Assembly (NCBI GenBank): GCA_964202905.1
Contig: CAXNJO010000016.1
Span: 1-64,000 of the forward strand
DNA from: Polyangiales bacterium
GTDB lineage: Bacteria; Myxococcota_A; Polyangia; Polyangiales; JADJQN01
Direction: 5' to 3'
DNA length: 64,000 bases
Each line of letters starts with the position of its first letter. Position 1 is the first letter of the stretch. Shown here piece by piece: positions 10,168 to 20,482 of this stretch. Position numbers and translations under genes: made by a program. The notes beneath the pieces are model-generated. The model was not told where the DNA came from, ran no database searches, and saw only the letters and a list, made by a program, of their open reading frames with translations.

Positions 10168-11421
10168 TCAGTCGAGGCCGAGCACACGCTTCGCCGTCGC
10201 GACGAGCTCCTTCACGGCGAAGGGCTTGACGAGGAAGGCGTCCGCGCCGAGGGCGGAGAGCACGCGCCAGTCGGCTGCGCCGCCGACCGCCGTCGCGACG
10301 ATGATGGGCACGCGGCTCGTCGTCTCGGTCGCACGGATCGCCATGGTCAGCTCGAGCCCCGTGAGCCCCGGCATCTGCAGGTCGACGACCGCGAGCGAGA
10401 GCACCTCCGACTCCGCGACGCGCAGCGCGTCCGAACCATCGGCGCAGGCGATGATCTCGACCCGCGGGAACGCCGTGCCGAGCGCGTGGATGATGAGCTT
10501 GCGGATGGCCTCGTCGTCGTCGGCGACGAGGATCCGCGTCACCGCGCGCTGCCCGCGCGCCGCGGTGCGCGCGTCGATGAGGGCGCGGCCGAGCTCTTCG
10601 GCCGAGGCGGGGCGGTCATCCGGGTCGCGCGAGAGCGCGGCGAGCACGGCCGCGTCGAGCCTGCGCGGCAGGTCGCGGCGCACCTCGCTCGGTGCCGGGA
10701 GACGCCCCGCGCGGAGGGCCGTCTCACGCACGCGGCTGATCGACGCGTCGAAGGGCGTCACCCCCGTGAGCAGCTCGTACGCGATCATGCCGAGCGCATA
10801 GACGTCGGCCCGCTGCGCCTGCGCGGCCGTGAGCCAATCGCTCGTGCCGACCTCGGGCGCCATGTAGCGCGGCGTGCCGAGCGGCCCCGCGGGCAGGAGT
10901 TTGTCGCCGTCGAAGATCCGCGCGATACCGAGATCCGCGACCGCGACGCGCAGCCCCGGCCCGACGAGCACGTTCGCGGGCTTGAGATCGCGGTGCACCG
11001 CGCCCGCCGCGTGGATCGCGGCGACGCCCCGGCAGAGCTGCTCGCAGATGCCGACGGCCTCTTCGGCCGAGAGCGGACCGCCGCGCCCCTTCACCCAGAG
11101 ATCGAGCGAGGGCCCCGAGATGAACTCCATCGCGAAATACGGCACGCCCGCGAGCGCGCCGAGCGTGTGGATCGCGACGACGTTCTCGTGGCGCACGCGC
11201 GCCATCGCGCGGGCCTCGTCGAGGAAGAGCTCGCGCAGCATGTCGCTCATGGAGACATCGGGCCGGATGCACTTGATGGCGACGTCGCGCGAGAGTTGCC
11301 GGTCGCGCGCGAGGTAGACGATCCCCATCCCGCCCCGGCCGAGCTCGCGCACGATCTCGTACGCGCCGTCGATGACCACGCCCGGCTGAATCCCTGCGTG
11401 TTCCCTAGTCTCCGAGGACAT
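10168..11421 (-). CDS. Hanks-type Ser/Thr kinase fused to a C-terminal receiver (REC) domain
   Basis: GRGGMG, VAIK, HRDLKPAN, DLG, GTPRYMAPE; then RILVADDD...VVDLQMPG...FLVKP. Confidence 0.9.
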   Translation of the reverse strand: MSSETREHAGIQPGVVIDGAYEIVRELGRGGMGIVYLARDRQLSRDVAIKCIRPDVSMSDMLRELFLDEARAMARVRHENVVAIHTLGALAGVPYFAMEFISGPSLDLWVKGRGGPLSAEEAVGICEQLCRGVAAIHAAGAVHRDLKPANVLVGPGLRVAVADLGIARIFDGDKLLPAGPLGTPRYMAPEVGTSDWLTAAQAQRADVYALGMIAYELLTGVTPFDASISRVRETALRAGRLPAPSEVRRDLPRRLDAAVLAALSRDPDDRPASAEELGRALIDARTAARGQRAVTRILVADDDEAIRKLIIHALGTAFPRVEIIACADGSDALRVAESEVLSLAVVDLQMPGLTGLELTMAIRATETTSRVPIIVATAVGGAADWRVLSALGADAFLVKPFAVKELVATAKRVLGLD

Positions 11422-11532
11422 CGCCGCGCAGCATGCCGGAACCCCGCGCCCGGGTCACGAACGCGCCAAGTCCGCGCCCTGCCCTGCGGCGCGCTTGTCG
11501 CCGCGGGGCCGCCAGTGTAGGAACGGCCCGCC

Positions 11533-13278
11533 ATGCGTTACTCCCGCGCCTTCATCCCCACGCTCAAGGAAGCCCCGAAGGACGCGACGACCGCGTCGCA
11601 CGCGCTCTTGCTGCGCGCCGGCTACGTCCGGCAGGTCGGCGCCGGGCTCTACGAGTTCCTGCCGCTCGGCCAGCGCGTGCTGCGGAACATCGAGCGCGTC
11701 GTGCGCACGGAGATGGACGCCGCGGGCGCGCAGGAGGTGCTCATGCCGGCGCTCCTGCCCTCCGACTATTTCAAGGAGACGGGCCGCTGGGAGGTCTACG
11801 GCGACGTGCTCCTGCGCCTGAAGGATCGCAAGGGCGGCGAGTACCACCTCGGGCCGACGCACGAGGAGATCATCACCGACATGGTGCGGCGGGACGTGAA
11901 GAGCTACCGCCAGTTGCCGCTCAACCTCTACCAGATCCAGATGAAGTTCCGCGACGAGCCGCGGCCGCGCGCGGGCTTGCTGCGCTGCCGCGAGTTCGTG
12001 ATGAAGGACGCGTACAGCTTCGACCTCGACGAGGCCGGCGCGATGAAGAGCTACGGCGAGATGCGCGAGACGTATCACCGCATCTTCAAGCGCCTCGGGC
12101 TCGATTACCGCGTCGTCGAGGCCGACTCGGGCGCGATCGGCGGCAAGACGAGCGCGGAGTTCCAGGTGCTCGCGCAGTCGGGCGAGGATCACATCGTCGC
12201 GTGCACGCAGTGCGATTACGCGGCGAACGTCGAGGTCGCCGAAGCGAAGCTCGTGCAGGACGCGCGCCTCGGCGAGTCCGCGGGCACGCCGGAGAAGCTC
12301 CACACGCCGGGCGTCGGCAGCATCGAGGACGTGGTCGCTTTCCTCGTGAAGGCCGGGCACGCGGGCGCGGGCGCCGCGCGGATGCTCAAGTCGCTCGTGT
12401 ACGTCGCGGGCACGCGCACGGTGATGGTGGTGGTGCGCGGCGACCACCAGGTGAACGAGATCAAGCTCGCCAAGGCGCTCGGCGTCGGCGAATTGCACCT
12501 CGCGTCGGAGGCCGAGGTGCGGCGCGCGACGGGCGCGGCGGTCGGCTTCGCGGGGCCGGTCGGCTTCGCCGGCGAGGTCGTCGCCGATCACGCGGTCGCG
12601 AGCGTCGTCGACGCCTTCACCGGCGCGAACGAGGCCGATCACCACCTCGCGCGCGTGAACCTCGGGCGCGACTTCAACGCGACCCTCGCCGACCTGCGCA
12701 TGGTCGGCGCGGGCGATCTCTGCCCCCGCTGCGGCGGCACGCTCGCCGCGTACCAGGGCATCGAGGGTGGGCACGTCTTCGTGCTCGGCACGCACTACAG
12801 CGCGAAGATGAACGCCGTCTACCTCGACGACAAAGGCCAGGAAGTGCCGATGGTCATGGGCTGCTACGGCATCGGCGTCTCGCGCCTCGTCGCCGCCGCG
12901 GTCGAGCAGAACCACGACGCGGACGGCATCGCGTGGCCCATGGCGATCGCGCCGTACCAGGTGATCGTGACCGCGCTCGGCAAGGAGGACGCGGTGCGCG
13001 AGGCGGCCGAGGCCGCGTACACGGCGCTCCGCGCGCGCGGGGTCGAGGTGCTGCTCGACGACCGCGATGAGCGCCCCGGCGTGAAGTTCAAGGACGCGGA
13101 TCTGCTCGGGATTCCGCTGCGCCTGACGGTCGGCGGCAAGGGCCTCGCGGCGGGCTCGCTCGAGCTGAAGCGACGCGGGCAGAAGGAGCCGACGCTCGTC
13201 CCCGTGGCCGACGCGGCGGAGCACGTCGTGCGCGCGGTCGTCGAGGCAGGCGGCAGCCTGCACGGGGCGTCGCGTTGA
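11533..13278 (+). CDS. proS: Proline--tRNA ligase (bacterial type with editing domain)
   Basis: GPTHEE, YQIQMKFRDEPRPR, REFVMKDAYSF, INS domain, MGCYGIGVSR, anticodon domain LDDRDERPGVKF. Confidence 0.97.
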   Translation: MRYSRAFIPTLKEAPKDATTASHALLLRAGYVRQVGAGLYEFLPLGQRVLRNIERVVRTEMDAAGAQEVLMPALLPSDYFKETGRWEVYGDVLLRLKDRKGGEYHLGPTHEEIITDMVRRDVKSYRQLPLNLYQIQMKFRDEPRPRAGLLRCREFVMKDAYSFDLDEAGAMKSYGEMRETYHRIFKRLGLDYRVVEADSGAIGGKTSAEFQVLAQSGEDHIVACTQCDYAANVEVAEAKLVQDARLGESAGTPEKLHTPGVGSIEDVVAFLVKAGHAGAGAARMLKSLVYVAGTRTVMVVVRGDHQVNEIKLAKALGVGELHLASEAEVRRATGAAVGFAGPVGFAGEVVADHAVASVVDAFTGANEADHHLARVNLGRDFNATLADLRMVGAGDLCPRCGGTLAAYQGIEGGHVFVLGTHYSAKMNAVYLDDKGQEVPMVMGCYGIGVSRLVAAAVEQNHDADGIAWPMAIAPYQVIVTALGKEDAVREAAEAAYTALRARGVEVLLDDRDERPGVKFKDADLLGIPLRLTVGGKGLAAGSLELKRRGQKEPTLVPVADAAEHVVRAVVEAGGSLHGASR

Positions 13279-13541
13279 GGCGCACGGCGCCCGCGGCCCC
13301 GGCGCCCGAGCGCACGCACCCCGCGCGCCGCGAGCTGCTGATCGCCGTGGGGTTCGCGATCGTCGTGGGCGTCGGCGTCGCGACGGTGGTCGTGCCCGCG
13401 CTCCGCGACGACGCGCGGGACGAGGAGGCGGGCGCGGCACGCCCCGCGGCCACGCCCACCGCCCTCCCCGCGGCACCGTCCCCCGCGCTGCCTGCGGACG
13501 CCCCGCGCCCCGCGCCGCCGACCGCGCCCGTCGGTCCCTGA
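13275..13541 (+). CDS. Small hypothetical single-TM protein
   Basis: TTGA overlap with the proS stop; one hydrophobic helix followed by an Ala/Pro tail. Confidence 0.45.
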   Translation: MRRTAPAAPAPERTHPARRELLIAVGFAIVVGVGVATVVVPALRDDARDEEAGAARPAATPTALPAAPSPALPADAPRPAPPTAPVGP

Positions 13542-13601
13542 AGGCGGGACGCGACGTCGCAGGCCGCCGGGTGACGCGCGGCTCCGCGTCGGAGATCGCC
13601 G

Positions 13602-14513
13602 TCAGCCCGCGATTCGCGGCCCGATCGGCACGCTCGGCGCGCGGGCGACGAGCAGCCCCCCCGTGAGCACGAGCGCCGCGCCCACGAGCGCGAGCGCATC
13701 GAGCGGCTCGCCCCACACCGCCCAGCCGACGCCGACCGCGACGAGCGGCTCGAGGTAGGCGAGCACGCTGGCGCGCGCGGCGCCGACCTCGCGCAGGCCC
13801 GAGACGAAGAGCAGCCCGGCGACCGTGCCCGGGAGGAGCGCACCGAGCGCGACGAGGCCGATGCCCTGTGCGGCGGGCACCTCCGCGACGTCGGCCACGA
13901 GCAGCAGCGGTGTGAGCAGCAGCGCCGCGAGCAGCGCGTGGAAGGCCTGCGCGCGCACGCCGCCGACGCGCTCGGCGAGCCGTCGCAGCACGAAGACGTT
14001 GCCCGCGTACGCCACGGCGCTGAGCGCGCCGAGGCCGCCGCCGAGCAGCGCGTCGAGCGCGAGCGACGCGCTCCGCCAGGGCGCGAGCAGCAACAGCAGG
14101 CCGACGATCGAGAGCAGCGCGGCCGGCAGCGCCGCGGCCACGCGCTGTCGCTCGACGAGGGGCGCGAAGAGCGCGACGAGCACGGGCGCGAGGTAGTGCG
14201 TGAGCACGGCGATCGCGATGGTCGTGCGCGACATCGCGAGGAAGAAGGTCGCGACGTTCACCGCGTCGAGCGCGGTGTTCGCGGCGAGCAGCAGGAGCGC
14301 GCGACGATCCCAGGGGTGGGGCTGCGCCTCACGGCCGAGGAGCGGCAGCGTGAAGAGCCCGACGAGCAGGAGCACGAGCGGCGCGGTGGCCTCGGCGGGC
14401 AGGCCGCTCGGCCGCAGGAAGAGACTCCACGTGCCCCAGCACGACGCGGCGAGCGCGACCTTCGCGAGGCCCGCGAGCGGCAGCCGCGACGCCGGCGCCG
14501 TGGCCTCGCTCAC
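13602..14513 (-). CDS. DMT/EamA family transporter
   Basis: About 10 TM helices; CWGT, AVLTHYLAP, ASVLAYLEPL, WGEPL. Confidence 0.88.
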   Translation of the reverse strand: MSEATAPASRLPLAGLAKVALAASCWGTWSLFLRPSGLPAEATAPLVLLLVGLFTLPLLGREAQPHPWDRRALLLLAANTALDAVNVATFFLAMSRTTIAIAVLTHYLAPVLVALFAPLVERQRVAAALPAALLSIVGLLLLLAPWRSASLALDALLGGGLGALSAVAYAGNVFVLRRLAERVGGVRAQAFHALLAALLLTPLLLVADVAEVPAAQGIGLVALGALLPGTVAGLLFVSGLREVGAARASVLAYLEPLVAVGVGWAVWGEPLDALALVGAALVLTGGLLVARAPSVPIGPRIAG

Positions 14514-15655
14514 GGGGTGCGAGCGGGCGGCGCGGCCCCGTCGGCGCGGGCACCGCGGCGCGCGGCGACCTGCCGACCGGCGTGCTGCGGCGTCTGCGCG
14601 GCGGTGATGTGCGAGAGCCCGTCCGCACCGACCGTGGGCGGTCCCGCCGCGAGGATGTCGGCGACGAGCTGGAAGCTGTGGCGGTACGCGCCCGTGCGCA
14701 GCCGCGCGAGAAAGTCGGGCATCTCCTGCACGACGTAGTGCCAGTCGCGCGGGCCCGGCTTCACGAGGCGGCGGTGGTTCACCGTGCGCACGACGAGCGC
14801 GCGCTCATCCGTCGGCAGGTTCTCCATGTTGCGGATGAACGAGTCCGAATACGGGAAGAACTGCTCGGCGTTCGAGAAATACACGACGCGCACCGTCGTG
14901 CCCGCGCGCCGGGCCACGTCGCCGACCGCGCGCAAGGTGCGCTCCGCGGTGACGTCGCCGTTGAAGGTCTGGATCCGCCGCGCCCGGTGGAGCGCGCGGA
15001 TGCGCGCGTACATCGCCGCGTCGCCGATCCACGCGACGGGCGTGCCCTCGTGCGTCGCGCGCGCCATGCGCCGCAGGTAGCGATCGAACCAGACGCGCTG
15101 CCGGCGGAAGTAGCGCACCACGTCGTCCTTGCGCGGGTCGTCGGCGAGCTCGGCCGCGATGACCCGCTCGCTCTCGGCGGTCGCCTCCGGTGCGAAGCGC
15201 GCGATCAGCGCGTCGGGCGTCTCCGACACCGAGACGAGCGCGCGGTACATGCGGTGCACGAGCGGGATCTGCGGGTCGTAGTCGACGAGCAGGAGCAGCT
15301 CCGAGCCCGCGGCCGCCGCCATCGTGTAGTTCTGATCGGAGCCGACGCCGACGTACGCGCCGCCGAGCTCGCGCAGATGCGGGTAGAGCAGATCGTGGCG
15401 GTACTCGTTGCTCACCGGGAAGTGCCGCGTCGGCTGGCGCGTACCCTCATCGGGGATGGTAGCGATGTCGCGCTGCACGTCGGCGGGCAGCGACACGGAG
15501 GGGTCGGTCGGCACGCGCGATTGCGCGTGGAGCGCGGGCGCGGCGAGGAGCGCGGCGAGCCCCGCGGCGAGCGCGAAGAAGGAGCGTGCAAACGCGGCGG
15601 CGCGCGGGGATCGCGCGGGCGCGCGGCGGACGGTGGAGGCGTGCATCGGGGTCAT
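14510..15655 (-). CDS. Hypothetical secreted protein
   Basis: Signal-like N-terminus (..ALHAQ); conserved-looking motifs PVSNE, YVGVGSDQNYT, YFSNAEQ; GTGA coupling to the EamA gene. Confidence 0.7.
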   Translation of the reverse strand: MTPMHASTVRRAPARSPRAAAFARSFFALAAGLAALLAAPALHAQSRVPTDPSVSLPADVQRDIATIPDEGTRQPTRHFPVSNEYRHDLLYPHLRELGGAYVGVGSDQNYTMAAAAGSELLLLVDYDPQIPLVHRMYRALVSVSETPDALIARFAPEATAESERVIAAELADDPRKDDVVRYFRRQRVWFDRYLRRMARATHEGTPVAWIGDAAMYARIRALHRARRIQTFNGDVTAERTLRAVGDVARRAGTTVRVVYFSNAEQFFPYSDSFIRNMENLPTDERALVVRTVNHRRLVKPGPRDWHYVVQEMPDFLARLRTGAYRHSFQLVADILAAGPPTVGADGLSHITAAQTPQHAGRQVAARRGARADGAAPPARTP

Positions 15656-15729
15656 CGCGGGCCGCAGGGTACAGGCTCACGGCGCGGCACGCGACGCCGG
15701 ATCGTCGAGGCTCCGCGCGCGCGGGCCGC

Positions 15730-16653
15730 TCAGCGGCGCGGACGGCCGAGCGCGTGGAAGGGCGGACCGAGGCGGGAGCCGGGCGAGGGCACCGGGACGG
15801 GCGGCGTCGCAGGCGCCTCGAGGTCACGCGCGCAGCGGAAGCCGAAGCGGTGCGGGCCGCGGTTCGGCGCACCGGCGCCGCGCCGCGCGTGCGACGTGGC
15901 GCGCGCGATCGGGTACCACCACGAGCCGCCGCGCACGACCTTCTGCGCGCGGGCAGCGGGGCACTCGGCGGCCCCATCGCACAGGCCGCGCGGGTTGCGC
16001 CCCTCGCACGACGCGCCGCACGCGTCGTACGACGCGCTGTACCAATCGTGCACCCACTCCCAGACGTTGCCCGAGACGTCGTAGAGGCCCCAGTGGCCCG
16101 CGGGCGTCGACATCACGTCCCAGGTCGTGCCGCGACCGCAGCCCTTGCCGTCCCCCGTCTCGACGACGCCGTGCGTGCACGGGCGCGGGTCGTCACCCCA
16201 CGGAAAACGCGTGCCCTCCGGCCCGCCCGACGCACGCTCGAACTCCATCTCCGTCGGCAGGCGCGCGCCGCGCAGCGCGCAGAACGCGGCGGCGTCGTAC
16301 CAGGAGACACCGACCTTCGGCTGCCGCGGCCGCATGTAGCCGCGGAAGGGGATCGGCCGGTGGCAGTAGCCCGCCTCGACGCAGGCTTCGTAGTCGGCGT
16401 TCGTCACCTCGTGCACGTCCATGAAGAACGTCTCGACGAACACGCGCGCCGTCGGCCGCTCGTCGGGCAGCCCCTCGAGCGAACCGCGCACGAACGCGCC
16501 GCCCCCGACGCAGGCCATGCCCTCCGGAGCCCCCGCGGGGCACGGCTGCGCACCCGGCAGATCCTGACCGGGCGCCCTGCCGCCGAACGCGAGCGCGCCG
16601 CAGAGGAAGGACGCAGACGCGACGACGAGGGGAGCGATGCGGCGGGACGCCAT
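15730..16653 (-). CDS. Formylglycine-generating enzyme (FGE-sulfatase) domain protein
   Basis: HEVTN, VSWYDAAAFC, RLPTEME, GLYDVSGNVWEW, RGGSW, GFRCA. Confidence 0.9.
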   Translation of the reverse strand: MASRRIAPLVVASASFLCGALAFGGRAPGQDLPGAQPCPAGAPEGMACVGGGAFVRGSLEGLPDERPTARVFVETFFMDVHEVTNADYEACVEAGYCHRPIPFRGYMRPRQPKVGVSWYDAAAFCALRGARLPTEMEFERASGGPEGTRFPWGDDPRPCTHGVVETGDGKGCGRGTTWDVMSTPAGHWGLYDVSGNVWEWVHDWYSASYDACGASCEGRNPRGLCDGAAECPAARAQKVVRGGSWWYPIARATSHARRGAGAPNRGPHRFGFRCARDLEAPATPPVPVPSPGSRLGPPFHALGRPRR

Positions 16654-16685
16654 GCGGGCGCGAGTCTACGCCGCGCGCGCGCCGA

Positions 16686-17888
16686 TCAGCGACGCGCGAC
16701 GCGGGCTGCGATCTGCTCGGGGAACGGCGTCAGGTAGCGCGCCGGTCCGCGCATGGCGCGCCCGACGGTGCCGAAGTTCGACGCCGGATTCCAGAAGAGG
16801 AAGCCGTTCGCGCCCGCGTTGCGTGCGGCGCGGATCTGCCCCGCGACGAAGTCCGCGTCGTAGCGCGCCGTACCGGCCGCGAACGCCTGCAAAAACGGGC
16901 GGATCACGTGCCCGGCGCCGACACGCTCCCGCAGGCGCTGCGTCGCGGCGAACACGAAGGACGCGCCGCGCTCGGTGCCCTCGCCCGCCGTCCAGCTCTT
17001 GAAGTTGTTCGCGTAGAGCATCGGCGTGAAGACCTCGACGTAGCGCGACCAGTCCTCGGCCGACTGCCCGAGCCCCGCCGGATCGCCGACGCGCAGCGCG
17101 CTGATGCCGAAGATGTCGACGCCGAGCGGCACGCGGATGGCCTCGTCGATCTGGCGCAGCATCGACGCGATGTACTCCCAGTGCCGCGCCCCCTCGCGCT
17201 CGTGCTGGTACGCGGCGTACGCGGTGCCCTGATCGACCGGGAAGCGCACGTAGTCGAGCTGCACCTCGTCGAAGCCGAGCGCCGCGGCCTCCACGGCGAG
17301 GTCGCGGATGAGCGCGTGGTTCGCGGGGTTGCTCGGGTCGAGCCACGTGTTGCCCGTCCCCCACGAGACCCACGGGGTTCCGGTGCGGTTCGGGCGTCCG
17401 TCGAGGATCGCGCGCTCGAGGTGCGCACGCGGCACGATCGGGTCGTTGAAGCAGACGATGCGGCCGATGGTGTAGACGCCCTCGGACTTCAGCCGCGCGA
17501 CGAGCACCGGCACGTCGCCGAGCATCGGCGCGCGGGAGTCCGCGAGCAGCGGCACGCGCGTGTCGAAGAGCACGCGGCCCTGATCGTCCTTGAGGTCGAT
17601 GACCGCCGCGTCCAGGCGTCCCGGACGGAGGGCGGCGAGGATGCCCTCGACGCCGTGGCGGCGGATGAACGGCCCCGTGAAATAGAGCCCGCGGGCCGCG
17701 CGGCCCTGGCGAGAGACGGCGTCCTCGAGGCTCGCGCCGCCGCGCGCAGCGGGGGGGTCGGCGAGCGTGCGTCGCAGGGGCGCGCTCCGCGTCGGGGGCT
17801 CGTCGGCGGCAGCGGGCGCGCGCCCCGCGGCGAGGCCGAGGGCGAGCAGGAGCAAGGCGGGTAAGAGCGGCAGGGAGCGGCGGGCCAT
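16686..17888 (-). CDS. Putative glycoside hydrolase (DUF4015-like)
   Basis: AVIDLKDDQG, YTIGRIVCFND, WLDP, GFDEVQLDYVRFP, PMLY, RPFLQAF, FLFWNP; signal peptide. Confidence 0.8.
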   Translation of the reverse strand: MARRSLPLLPALLLLALGLAAGRAPAAADEPPTRSAPLRRTLADPPAARGGASLEDAVSRQGRAARGLYFTGPFIRRHGVEGILAALRPGRLDAAVIDLKDDQGRVLFDTRVPLLADSRAPMLGDVPVLVARLKSEGVYTIGRIVCFNDPIVPRAHLERAILDGRPNRTGTPWVSWGTGNTWLDPSNPANHALIRDLAVEAAALGFDEVQLDYVRFPVDQGTAYAAYQHEREGARHWEYIASMLRQIDEAIRVPLGVDIFGISALRVGDPAGLGQSAEDWSRYVEVFTPMLYANNFKSWTAGEGTERGASFVFAATQRLRERVGAGHVIRPFLQAFAAGTARYDADFVAGQIRAARNAGANGFLFWNPASNFGTVGRAMRGPARYLTPFPEQIAARVARR

Positions 17889-17961
17889 GCCAGGCCAAGA
17901 TCGCCCGAAGGGGCTAAAAACGCGCAATTCCTGCGCGCCCGGGCCGCCCCCGGGGCGCGGG

Positions 17962-18774
17962 CTACATCATCATCGCGCTCGCCGCCGAGCCGAGCCACGC
18001 GCCGCCGTCGGCGACGACCGTCGCCCCGTGCACGAGCGACGCGCCCGGGGAGACGAGGAAGACGGCGAGGCTCGCGATCTCGTCGATGCGCCCGAAGCGG
18101 CCGATGGGGATCGTGCGCTCCATCTTCGTGCGCACGTCGCCGGGCGCGAGCCGCGCCATGCCTTCCGTCTCGTCGATCGGCCCGGGCGCGATGCCGTTCA
18201 CGCGGATGCCGAGCGAGCCCCACTCGAGCGCGAGCGAGCGCGTGACGGAGTCGACGGCGGCCTTCGCGGCGGAGGCGTGCACCTGCAGCGGCGTGGCCGC
18301 GTAGTGCAGCGTCGCGGAGATGTTCAGGATGTGGCCGCCGTGGTCGCGCAGGCGCCGCTCGAAGGCCGCACGCGAGACGTTCCACGTGCCGATCGCGTCG
18401 ATCTCCATGACGGTGCGGAAGCCGTTGTAGGAGAGCTGCGACGCGGGCGCGAGGAAGTTGCCCGCCGCGCCGTTGACGACGATGTCGAGCGCACCGAAGT
18501 GCGCGATCGTCGCGTCGAGCGCGGCCTCGACGGCCTTCGGATCGCGCACGTCGGCCTGCACCGCGAGGCACTCGCTGCCATGCGCCGCGGCGAGCTCCCG
18601 CGCGCTCTCCTCGAGGCGCTCGAGCTTGCGCGAGACGATCGCGACGCGCGCGCCGTGCGCGAGGAACGCCGCGGCGATGCCCTTGCAGATGCCGGAGCCG
18701 CCCCCGGTGACGAAGGCGACCTTGCCCGCGAGGAGATCCGGCCGGAACACGCTGCGCTCGGTGGGAGACGTCAT
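17962..18774 (-). CDS. SDR, 2,4-dienoyl-CoA reductase (DECR2/FadH-like)
   Basis: TGGGSGI, NGAAGNFLAP, NISATLHY, HASAAKA, NGIAPGPI. Confidence 0.88.
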   Translation of the reverse strand: MTSPTERSVFRPDLLAGKVAFVTGGGSGICKGIAAAFLAHGARVAIVSRKLERLEESARELAAAHGSECLAVQADVRDPKAVEAALDATIAHFGALDIVVNGAAGNFLAPASQLSYNGFRTVMEIDAIGTWNVSRAAFERRLRDHGGHILNISATLHYAATPLQVHASAAKAAVDSVTRSLALEWGSLGIRVNGIAPGPIDETEGMARLAPGDVRTKMERTIPIGRFGRIDEIASLAVFLVSPGASLVHGATVVADGGAWLGSAASAMMM

Positions 18775-18848
18775 GGCGCGCGATTTTAGCCCACCCGACA
18801 AACGAATGCTGCGACGCGCCCGGAAGCGGGCTACCCTCAGGCCTCCCC

Positions 18849-20378
18849 GTGGCTTCCGTGATCGGCGTCGGCACCAAGCTCCGCGACTACGAAATTATCG
18901 CGCCACTCCGGGTCGGGGGCATGGCGACGCTTTTCCTCGGGCGCCGTCAGGGCGCGGCGGGCTTCGCGAAGCTCGTCGCGATCAAGGTCGTGCACCCGCA
19001 CCTCGCGCGCGAGGCGCAGTTCGGCCAGATGTTCGTGGACGAGGCGCTCATCTCGTCGCGCATCGAGCACCCGAACGTCGTGCACGTGACGGAGCTCGGC
19101 GAGCAGGCAGGCGCGTATTTCCTCGTGATGGAGTACGTGCACGGCGCGTCGCTGTCGCAGCTCCTCGCGGGTTTGTCGAAGCGCGGTCGGCGGCTCTCGC
19201 CGGAGCTCGCGGTGCACATCGCGGTGCGCGTCGCCGAGGGCCTGCACGCCGCGCACGAGACGCTCGGTGACGACGGCCAGCCGCTGCACGTCGTGCACCG
19301 CGACATCAGCCCGCAGAACGTCCTGCTCTCGGCGCGCGGGCACGTGAAGCTCATCGACTTCGGCATCGCGAAGGCGCGCGGCCGCGTGCAGCAGACGACG
19401 ACGACGTCGCTCAAGGGCAAAATCCGCTACATGGCGCCGGAGCAGGCGTTCGGCCGCCCCGTCGATCGGCGCACGGACGTGTACGCGCTCGCGGTCGTGC
19501 TCTGGGAGATGCTGACGATGCGGCGGATGTTCACCGCCGAGAACGACTTCGCGCTCCTCGACATGGTGCGGAGCCCGAGCCCGCCCCCGCCGAGCACGTA
19601 CCTCGAAGGCTGCCCGCCCGCCCTCGACGCCGCCGTCATGCACGCGCTGCGCCCCGACCTCGACCAGCGTACGGCGACTGCGTTCGAGCTGCGCCGCGAG
19701 CTCGCGGAGGCGATGCCGAGCGCGCTCGCGCTCGACGCGTCGAACCTCGGCGAGATCATCGCGACGGTGCTCGGCAAGGAGCTCGACGAGGAGCGCAAGA
19801 CGATCACCGCCGCGCTGCAAGGCACGGGCAGCGTCGAGCTCCCCGCGGCGCGAATTCCGTCGCCCGAGTCGATCGAGAACTACACCGTCAGCGACGGCAG
19901 CATCCGCCTCCTGCCGCCCGATCAGGTCGTCGCGCACGAGGACTCACCGCCCGTGGTGTCGATGCCCGCGGCGCCCACGAGCCACACGCCCGCGGCGACA
20001 GCCACGACCCGCGCCAACATCCCGCGCGCGCTCGTCGCGGCCGCGCTGCTCCTCGCGATCGGCGGAGGCGGCGGGTACGCGGCCCTGAAGCTCTCCGCGC
20101 CAGAGCCCTCTCTGGTGCCCATCGAGGCGACCGCCGCGGCGTCCGCACCGGCACCGGCCGCGCCCGCGCTGGCCGCGCCCGGCACCATCGCCGCCACGCC
20201 GCTCGCCGAGCCCCCGCCCGCGGCCGACGCCGGCTCGCCGCCCGGCGCGACCGGCCTGGCCGAGCCCGCCACGCCCGCTCGCCGCACGAAGACCCGCCGT
20301 AACTCGCAGGGTGAAGGCGCCACCGCCCCCGGCGGTCCGTCCTTCGGCGTGCCCATGGCCGGTTCGTTCGACGACTGA
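18849..20378 (+). CDS. Membrane-anchored Ser/Thr protein kinase
   Basis: GGMA, VAIK, HRDISPQN, DFGIAK, KGKIRYMAPEQ; TM helix and Ala/Pro tail. Confidence 0.92.
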   Translation: MASVIGVGTKLRDYEIIAPLRVGGMATLFLGRRQGAAGFAKLVAIKVVHPHLAREAQFGQMFVDEALISSRIEHPNVVHVTELGEQAGAYFLVMEYVHGASLSQLLAGLSKRGRRLSPELAVHIAVRVAEGLHAAHETLGDDGQPLHVVHRDISPQNVLLSARGHVKLIDFGIAKARGRVQQTTTTSLKGKIRYMAPEQAFGRPVDRRTDVYALAVVLWEMLTMRRMFTAENDFALLDMVRSPSPPPPSTYLEGCPPALDAAVMHALRPDLDQRTATAFELRRELAEAMPSALALDASNLGEIIATVLGKELDEERKTITAALQGTGSVELPAARIPSPESIENYTVSDGSIRLLPPDQVVAHEDSPPVVSMPAAPTSHTPAATATTRANIPRALVAAALLLAIGGGGGYAALKLSAPEPSLVPIEATAAASAPAPAAPALAAPGTIAATPLAEPPPAADAGSPPGATGLAEPATPARRTKTRRNSQGEGATAPGGPSFGVPMAGSFDD

Positions 20379-20482
20379 TGGTGTGCCTTGCGCACCCGGC
20401 GGCGCTGCGCCTGTGGCCGTCACCGCGGCGACCCGCGAACGATGCTGCCGGGCCGACCCGCCCTCGTGTTATCCTCGCGCCG

